The translations under genes were made by a program, and so were the position numbers. A model generated the notes under the pieces. That model did not search any database, was not told the origin of the DNA, and was given only the letters and a program-made list of their open reading frames with translations. Below are positions 54,846 through 64,000 of a stretch of 64,000 nucleotides of DNA, one piece after another (position 1 is the stretch's first letter; each line of letters opens with the position of its first letter). Source of the DNA: Vicugna vicugna (Eukaryota); contig MU058289.1 in assembly GCA_013265495.1 (NCBI GenBank), positions 1,795,451 to 1,859,450 on the forward strand. Reading direction: 5' to 3'.

Positions 54846-56120
54846 GAGAAAGAGGAGAGAGAGAGGAGAGAGATTGCTAAGAAAATGGCAATGCAGGTTT
54901 ATTTCACTTTTAAGATATTGTCCCCAGAAGCTGGTTGTGAGTGTGAAAGAGAACAAGGGCCATGATACCCCTCTGAGCAGTGACCTTCACCGAGGGTGGC
55001 CCTGTAGGGAATAAATGTCCCCTCTCATCCTCCTCTCTTATTTCAGTCTTGAGTAGGACAATTAGGGGGCTGGACCCAATTAGAAGCCAGAGGCAAAGGG
55101 GCCCATTGATGTGGTCCGCAGGGGCCAGCCTTGAGGGCAGAGAGCGGAGCCTGGTAGAGGGGGCTCTGGAACGACCAAAGGAGCCCGCTTGGCTCCCCCC
55201 AGAAGCAGGGAAGTGGTTCCCATTTCTCAGCAGTGTTTTCTGATTCACACAAAAGGGACTTCCTCAGCTTTGGGGGTCCTCTCCAGCCTAGACTCTAATG
55301 CTTTTTAAATCCCCCACAAAAGACAAAGACTGACTCAGGTAGGGTCGTGCTCAGAGGCAAACCTCTGACGTCCCCGCGTTCCACCTTCCTACAACCCAGT
55401 CCAAAACGGGGGATCAGAAGTCAGGAGCTTAAAGTCACAGCCGGGCTCCACGCGCACGCTGGTTTGGGATTATCAAGGTCAGAATTCATGGGAGGGAAAA
55501 ATGCAGATTCCTCTACTAGGAAAACGGTTACAACCTACAAGCTACTCTTACATGCATGCCCTTTTTGGAGACACAGGGCAGGGCAGGTGGAAAATTAGAA
55601 AGTAGGTTTCTTCTCTCTCTCTCTTTCTTGTTTTGGATTTGATGCTGGTGTCTTATGAATCTGAGTTTATATTAAAAATGTGAAAGTGCCAAACCTCAAA
55701 GCAAGTCCGTGGAGCCAAAGTCAGTGGAATGGTAGCGGAGAAGAAAAACGAAGGCGAGGTTGTGATGTGGTGTGGCGCGGGAGGCCCCGGAGGCCCGCTC
55801 ATCTCGAATTCTGCAGCGCCGGGGTTGTGTGGGATCACAACACTTTCCAGTGCTTGTTCCTGTGTTAGTGCCACGGGTGAGACGGGTGGGCAGCAGCATC
55901 CCATACATTCAAAAGACCGGCGCTGCTGATGGCAAGCTTGGACTGGGTCTCTGTTGGGAAGTCCTAGAGTCCAGGAGATGCCTTAGCCCACCCCAGAAGG
56001 GCCCCCTTCTATCTCTATAAAGTGGGGCTCCTCTCTGGGTCCTCAAAAGCACCTCCCTTTCTGGGCAGTGTGTATTTTTTTGAAGCTTGCTTTTTCACTT
56101 TCTCTCTCCAAACATATAGT

Positions 56121-56143
56121 ACACACACACACACACACACACA
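56121..56143. repeat. (CA)n microsatellite
   Basis: About 11 AC units. Confidence 0.9.
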
Positions 56144-56195
56144 TTTTTTTCCCCCAACCTTAACAGTTTAATAGGTGAAAAATTGGGACTATTCT

Positions 56196-59100
56196 CATTT
56201 ATTTTAAAAATTGCTTTGCTAAAGTATAATTGACATACGGTAAGCTGTATGTAAAATGTACAGTTTGAAAGGTTTTGACATATGTGTATACCAGTGAAGC
56301 TGTCATCACAATCAAGATAGTAATTGAGATGTAGGTACATTGGCAGATACAGAAATATATAGACGATCTTGTCATGTGGGTATGTATAGATCTAAGTTAT
56401 TCATTTTAATTATCGAATATATTCCATTATAGGACTATACGACATTTTATTTATCCATCGCTCAATTAATGGAAATTTAGGATATTCACTCTCTGGGGAC
56501 AATAAACAATGCTGCACTCAACACATTTTAATGTCTCCTTGTGCACCCAGCCTGGAGGACACTGGGGTATTTACTCAGTGAGGAACTGTCAGGTGACGGG
56601 GCAGTACGCTTACAACTTTCCTAGCTGTTGCCAAATTCATCTCCAAATTGTGCCGCTCCCACTGGAAACAGAAAACTGGTCCCATTTCCCACATGCTTGG
56701 CAACAGCTGATGTTATTGGGTGATTGCATTTTGCCATTCTTATTTATATTTACCTATTTAATAGTGAGCTCGAGTATCTTTTCACATGTTTATGATAGAC
56801 TATTTAGTTTTTCTCACCTATGATTTGCCTGATGATATCCTGACACTTTTCTATTAGATTATTCCCCTTTTTCTTATTGGCGTATAACAGTTTGTAAAAT
56901 ATTATGGATACTAATTTTTTTTTTTTTTGGTTATGTAGGTTGTAACTATCTCCTCCCAGGCTGTGGACTGTTTTTTTTTTCCCCCACATTGCTAGCAGTG
57001 TCTTTTGATGTGCAGAATTTTTGAATTTCAATGTAGTAGAAGTCTCCTTTTCTTTTGTGGTTTATAATGTCTCTATCTTATTCAAAAAATCCTCCTCTAA
57101 CCTGAATGACATAAAGATATTTTCCTATATTTTATCTTAATTCAAATTAATTGAGGCATAATTATATACAATAAAATGTACCCATTTCAGTGTTCTGTCC
57201 AATGCATTTTGACAAATGTAAATAGTCATGTAACCAACCACGCCCCCCCAAAGAAAATATAGAATGTTCCCTCACCTTGCCCAGACGAGCTGCTTTCCTA
57301 TCCCCCCCAGCCCCAGGCAATGAATGACTAATCTGCTTTTTGTCACCATAAATGAGCTTTATCTTCTCTAAATTTCATATAAATAAAACATATGGCACAT
57401 AGACTTCTGGCTTCTCTTGCCTAGCATAATGCTTTTGGATTTATCCACGTTGTCACACGCACGTGAACTCCGGTTCATCCTCTTTATTGCCAGATAGTAT
57501 TCCATTGTATGGATATAACACAATTTGTTTTTCCAGTTAGTCTGTTAGACATTTGAGTCATTTCTGGTTTGGGGCTATTATGAATAAAGCTGCTATGAGC
57601 ATTTGGGTACAAGTCTTGGTTATCTATATACATTTTGCTTTTTGTTGAGTAAATACCTGGGTGTGGAATCTCCGGTTTACATGAGTGTCTGTGTTAATGT
57701 TATGAAAACTGCTAAACTGTTTGCAAAGAAATCGAATCATTTCACACTTTTGAAATTTAACAGAGTTCTAGTCACTCTACCAAAACTTGATATTGTCAGC
57801 CTTTCTAATTGTAGCCCATTTTAGTGGGTGTTTTGTGGACTCTTATTGTGGTTTTAATTTATATTTCCTTAATGACTAACAATGTTGACCATCTGTCCGT
57901 GTGCTTCTTAGCCTGTGAAATGTCTGTTCAAATCTTTTTCCATTTAAAAATTAGATTGTCTTATTGAGTCCTTTGTAGATATTATACAAGTCCTTTGTAA
58001 GATATATATTAAGAATATTTTCTCTCAGTTCATGTCTTGAATTTTTATTTTCTTAACAGTATCTTTCAGAGAACAGAAGTTTCTTTTCATTTTGATAAAG
58101 TCCAATTTATCGAATTTTTCTTTTATAAAAAGAAAATAAGTGTCTTGTCTAACATATCTTTGTCTACCCCAATTCACAAGGATTTTCTCCTATATTTACT
58201 TCTAGAAGTTCTGTAATTTTATATTTTACATTTAGGTCTATTAGTCTATTTCAAGTGAATTTTTGTGTAAGTTCTGGGATAAGGGTAGAAGCTGATTTTT
58301 CCATATGGATGACCAATTGTTCTGGCACCATTTGCTATAAAGACTGTCATCTTCCCAATCAAATAAGATTAGCACGTGTGTCAAAAATCAAGTAACCATT
58401 TAAGTGTGGGTCTATTTCTGGACCTCTATTCTGATCTATATGTCTATCCTGACACCAATACATACTGTCTTGATGACTGTAGTTTTACAAAAAATCTTGA
58501 TAACAGAATAAGTCCTCCAACGTTTCTCTTCTTTTTTTTCAAAATTGTTTTAGATGCTTTAGGCCTTTACAGTTCCATATAAATTTTAGAGTAAGCTTGT
58601 CAGTTTCAACCCAAAACAGAAAAGCCTACTGACATTTTTGATTGGGATTGTTTTGAATCTGTAAATCTGCTTGGAAAGAATTGACATGTCAGCAATATTG
58701 AGTCTTCAGTCAATGAACATGGAATATGTCTCCACTTATTTAGGTCTTGAATTTAGCTCAACAAATTTTATGGTTTTAAGTATGAAAGTCTTGAAAATTT
58801 TTTGTTAAATTTAGTCCTATATAATGTCATGGTTTTAGATGCTATTGTAAATGTTTTACAATTTTGCTTTTCAGTGGTTTGTTGCTAGTGTACAGAGAAA
58901 AAGCTGGGCTTTTAAATATTGAGCCTCAACTCTGAGGCTTTACTAAATTCACTTATTTCTAGCAGGCTTTTGGATATTCCTTAGGATTTTTTACGTATGA
59001 TAGCATGACATCTTTGAAGAAAAAAATTCTTCTTACACAAGCTGTATATTTGAAAATGTTCATTTTCTTGCCTTATTGCATTGACTAGGATACTCCGTAC

Positions 59101-62100
59101 AATGTTGACTAGAAATGGTGAGAGTGGAAATCTTGTCCCTGATCTTAGGATGAAGACATTCAGTCTTTCACGGTTACGTGTGATGTTAGGTGTAGCCTCT
59201 GCATAGATGCCCTTTAGTGGGTTAAAGAAGTTCTTTTCTAGTCCTCATTTGCTGAGCTTTTTCTTTTTCATGAATGAATGATGAATTTTGTCAACAGCTT
59301 CTTTGAGATGATCTATTGAGATGATCATATGGATTTTTCTCCTTTATTCTGTTAATTTGGTGAATTATGTTGATTGATACTTGAAATGTTAAACCAATGT
59401 TGCATTCCTCAGGTAATCCCCATTTGGCCACCTATTGTTGGAATTAATTTGCTAATATTTTGTTGAAGACTTATACACCAATGTTAATGAGGTATATCAG
59501 CCTGGAGCATTCTTTTCTTGTAATGTCTTTGTTTGGTTTCACTATCAGGTTAAAATTGGTCTCATAAAATGAGTTGGGAAGTGTTCCCTCCTCTATTTTC
59601 TGAAAGAATTTATATTTACGAGTAACTTCTTCCTTCAGTGTTTGACGAAAGTTCACAATGACGCCACCTAGGCCTGTAATATTTTTTGTCAGAAGTTTTA
59701 TAAGTTATTAATTAACCAAAATTCCAAAAACTGATGGAGAACTATTTAGACTTTCAGTTTCTTACTGAGTCAGTTTTGACACTTTGTATCTTTCAAGGAG
59801 CTTGTCTAGATCATCTCCATCACCAGCCTTGTTGACATAGTTATTTATAATATTTCCTCATTATTCTTTTAATATTTGTAGGCTATCTGGTGGTTACGTC
59901 TCTTTCATCCCTGAAGTTGGTAACTGTCTTCACTTTTTTTGTGTGATCAGTTTAACTAGAAGTTTGTAGATTTTATTGATGTTTTTAAAGAATCACGTTT
60001 TGATTTCCTTGATTTTTCTCTATTATTTGTCCATTTTCAGTTTTATTGGTTCCACCCTTATTCATATTATTTTCTTCATTCTACTTTCTTTTGGTTTAAT
60101 TTACTCTCCTTTTTCTAGTTTCTTAATGTGGTAGCTTAGGTCACTGACTTAAAGACTTCTTTTCTAAATATATGCATTGAATTCTTAGTTTTCCTCAAAA
60201 CACTATTTAATTGCATTCTACATTAGCTGTGTACTAATAATTTAGTATGTTGCATTTTATTATTGTTTAGTTCAAAATATTTTCTAATTATCTGTGATTT
60301 CTTCTTTGCTCATAAATTATTTAAAACTATATTGTTTAATTTCCAAATACTTGGGTATTTAATGAATATCTTATTGTTAATCACTTCTTAATTCAACATT
60401 GTGTAGTCAGAAAACATTCTATGATTTCAGTCCTTTTAAATTTATTGAGACTTGTGTTATATATCAGCAAATAGTCAGTTTTGGCGACTGATCCATGTGA
60501 ACTTGAAAAGAATGTGTATTCTTCCATTATTAAATGTAATGTTCTATAAATGTTAGTTATGACAAGACGGTAGATAATAATGACCAAGTTTTCTGTATCC
60601 TTGCTGATATTCTATCTATTTATTTATCAATTATTAAGACTTCTCCAACTATATAGAAATCTCCAACTATGATTGTGATCTATTTATCTATTTCTCCTTT
60701 TAGTTATGTTAGCTTTTGCTTTATGTATTTTGAAGTTCTGTTATTAAGTACTTACAATTTTAGATTTTTTGTCTTTTTGATGAATTGATCCTTTCATCAC
60801 TGTGTAATGTTCTTGTTTATCTCTAATAATACTCTGTCCTGATGGCTACATTGTATGATATTAACATAGCTACTTCAGGTTTCTTATGAGTATTTAAATG
60901 GTATATCTTTTTCTTTCTTTCTTTAAAAATTTTTTTAACCTGTGTTTTTATATTTAGAGTGTTTCTTAAACAGCATATAATTTCATCTTGCTTTTTAATC
61001 CAGCCTGACAATCTCTGCCTTTTAATGTTTAGACCACTTATAGTTAAAGTAATTGTTGTAATTGTTTATATGATTAGGTTTAAGTCTACCATCTTGCTGT
61101 TTTTCTTATTGTACTGTCTTTATTGTTCTTTTGTTCCTTATTCATTCCTTCATTTGGATTAAAATTTTTTTTTATTATTCCATTTCTATGTTGGCTGCTT
61201 AGCTACACTTTATTTTATTTTTAATCATGCTCTAGGGTTTATTTCGTGCATCTTTAGCTTAATAAAACATTTAAGTAAATGGAAAGATATACAATGTTCA
61301 TTGATGGAAAGAGGGTATCATGAAGACATTGAATTTTCCCATATAGGTATACAAATAAAATATATTTTTAATTAAAAGACCAACATAGTTCTTTTTCATG
61401 AGGAATTTGAAGTCTTAGAAGTCACATGGAAAAGTGCAAGGTTACAAATAGTGAAGAAAATTAAAAAGAAAAACAAAGATTAGGACTTGCTCTACCAAAA
61501 TGGAGGCTTATTATAAAGCTATGGTTGTTAAACCAGTGAGGTCCTAGCACTGGGTAGAGAAGAAGAACCAAAGAAACAAAATAGAATGAACCGATCAATG
61601 CAAATATAGAAGCAACTACCAGGGAAAGAACAACTATCAAGAAGCAGTAAGTGGAACAATTTCCAGAGCTCACATAGATCTGGAAGATATTAGAATTCTA
61701 ACAAAGGAAATATAATAAGAATTATGTTCCCCTGAAATCCTAATGGAATATGTAAAGAGAAGAGCCAAATAGAACTTCTAGAGATGAATAATTTGCATTT
61801 GAAATGAAGATTTCACTGGATGAAATTAATATCAGAATAGACACTGAAGAAGATAAAAATCAGCAAATATGAAGATACAGGATTCAAAGACATAGAATAG
61901 AAGTAAATTGAAGCAGAAAGAAAAAAGACTTCAAAAAATAAAGAGTCTCAATGACCTGTGGAACATTATCAAGCAGTGTAACACATCTATAAAAGAAAAC
62001 GAGGAAGGAATCTGGGGGGGGGGTGTTTCAAGAACTAATGATTCAAAACTCCCATATTTGGTGAAAAAATGTCCACTCACAGATAGAAGAATCTCAAAAA

Positions 62101-62830
62101 CCCCAAACAGGATAAGAACAAAGAAATCATATTTAAAGTTTTTCTCCATAGTATCTTGCATGTGTTTGGTTAAATTTATCCCTCCATATTTTGAAGTTTT
62201 TATTATGATTCTGAGTGGGCTTTTTTAAAAAAAATACTTTTTCTAATAGTTTGTTGCTGGCATCAAATTATACCATTTTTGTATTTTGATGAGATGTACA
62301 GCGTTTGCTAAGCTCCCTTATCATTCTAACTTCTTACTTTCACCTTTTTTTATAGATAGATGATTATAATGTCCCCAGTCCTTTTAATTTTTTTTTTTTT
62401 TTTTCCCTTATTGCTGTGGCTAGAACTGCCAGTACAGGGTTAAGTAGGATCAAAAATGATAAGCTTCCTCATCTTGTTTCTGACTTTAAAGGAAACATTT
62501 CTGGGATTTCACCATTAAGTATAATATTTGCTGTTAAGTTTTTTCTGTCATTATTTACCTCAGTTTTTATAACAAGTGCATACAAAATTTTATCAAGTGA
62601 TTTTTATCTATTGAGTTGATCATGTGTTTATTTTTTTCCTTTAATTATTTTTAGTTAATTGCCAATATATTTCTCTAGTGATAAACCATCCACATGTTAT
62701 TGGGTTAAACCCTAGTTGGTCATGGTGGGCTCTACATTGCTTTGTTCAGTTTATAACATTGTATTTAGTATTTTTGTGTATAAGTTCTTGAGTAAGATTG
62801 ATCTATAACTATGTTCTTTTTCAAACTTTC
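56196..62830 (-). mobile_element. Cluster of old L1M elements, mostly minus strand (long ORF2 remnant ~57140-61260; plus-strand pieces ~61260-62125)
   Basis: Decayed ORF2 peptides: FFQKIEEGTLPNSFYE (59471..59656), IYRTLH..EYTFFSSSHG (60393..60587), WIKKQD.IICCL (60823..61011). Confidence 0.85.
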
Positions 62831-63499
62831 TCATAAATTCCTAGAAAAGTCATTAGCTTTTTCATCTCCAAGAGTATTTCTATCCCCAGGTTGTTCTGTT
62901 TTCATGACTTCTTGCCTTCAATTTTTTGGTGCAATTACCTCTTAAAATTAGGAATATCAATTGGATCTTTACCATTTTTCCTGTTTCTTACATCTCTCTG
63001 TTGGACCACTGTAGGGAAATCCTAAATCTTAAGCTGGGGATTCCAGAGCCCAATATACTTCTTAGAAGTTTTAGTAACTGCCCCACAGTTCATCCTCATC
63101 TTCAACCCCTGAAGTTCTGAGAATGTATCATTAGCATTGTTCAGCTCAGTTCTGCTATCTGTCTACTCCTCAAATGAGATTTCCACTTGCAGCAAATTGA
63201 TGGCTAATCTCACATCATTCCCCAGTTTCTCATAGTGATGGGGAGTTTCCCGTAATATATTAGTCAGTAGATGTGATCTTGGAAATCTACATTTACATGG
63301 TGTTTGGCTGGCTAAACTGAGCACATGACACTGTTAGGGTATATAATCCATGTATTAGCCAGGACTATATGCTGCGTGAGAGAGAAAACCCAGTTCAAAT
63401 TACCTTAAGACAGAAAAGGAAATATTTGCTCACAAAACTGAAAAATCCAGGGAAAGTGGAACAGGTTGCTTTAGACATGGCTGGAGGCATGTGGAACCA

Positions 63500-64000
63500 T
63501 CACCTCAGTCAAGAGACTTAACAGTGCTATCCCCACTAGACTCCCTCAAACCACCCCTTTATAAAGACATTCCTACCCTTTCTTCACCATTCCCCCTCAT
63601 CTCTCCTGATGACCACTAATCTATTCTCAATCTCCATACTTATTTTATTTCAAAAATGTTATATTAAATGGAATCATGCAGTATGATCCTTTTGAGATTG
63701 GCTATAGGTTCATCCAAGATGTTGTGTTTCAACAGGTCATTCTTTTTTTTATTGGTGAGTAGTATTCCATGGGATGGATGTATCTAAGTTTAACTGTTTA
63801 CCCACTGAAGGACATTTGGGTAGTTTCCAGGTTGGAGCTATTATAAATAAAGCTTTTATGAACATTTATGTACACATTTCTGCCTAAAAATAAATGCCCA
63901 AGAGTGCATTTGCTGGGTCGTATGGTAAGTCTAGTTTTAGTTTTAAAAGGCACTGCCAAACTATTTTCCAGAGTGGCTGACCATTTTACATTTTCCCACC
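63500..64000 (-). mobile_element. Old L1M 3' region, runs off window end
   Basis: accactaatctattctc, aatggaatcatgcagtat, gagtagtattccat, ctgccaaactattttccagagtggct. Confidence 0.75.

Overview
Mammalian genomic DNA, almost certainly camelid (alpaca/camel): it holds four tRNA-Ala-derived Vic-1-type SINEs and many lineage-specific L1 3' ends. I recognise no intact protein-coding exon of a host gene. The window contains (i) a complete UBA52 (ubiquitin-eL40) processed pseudogene on the minus strand, (ii) a ~1.4 kb CpG island with CCAAT, GC-box and RFX X-box-like motifs, (iii) dense, often nested retroelements (L1, L2, MIR, MaLR/ERVL LTRs, SINEs), including a young 5'-truncated L1 with an open 418-codon ORF2 C-terminus, and (iv) long stretches free of recognisable repeats (about 40.6-48.0 kb and 49.2-52.8 kb) rich in homeodomain/PBX/MEIS/FOX-type motifs, resembling a developmental enhancer landscape. 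The most unusual items are an 80-bp poly(A)-less internal L1 endonuclease fragment inside a perfect 17-bp duplication, a triple L1 nest reusing one homologous target site, and two candidate + strand exons that may belong to a long transcript. Repeat subfamily names are from recall of consensus sequences, not a search. I could not identify the locus and found no convincing novel biological system; the findings are hypotheses.
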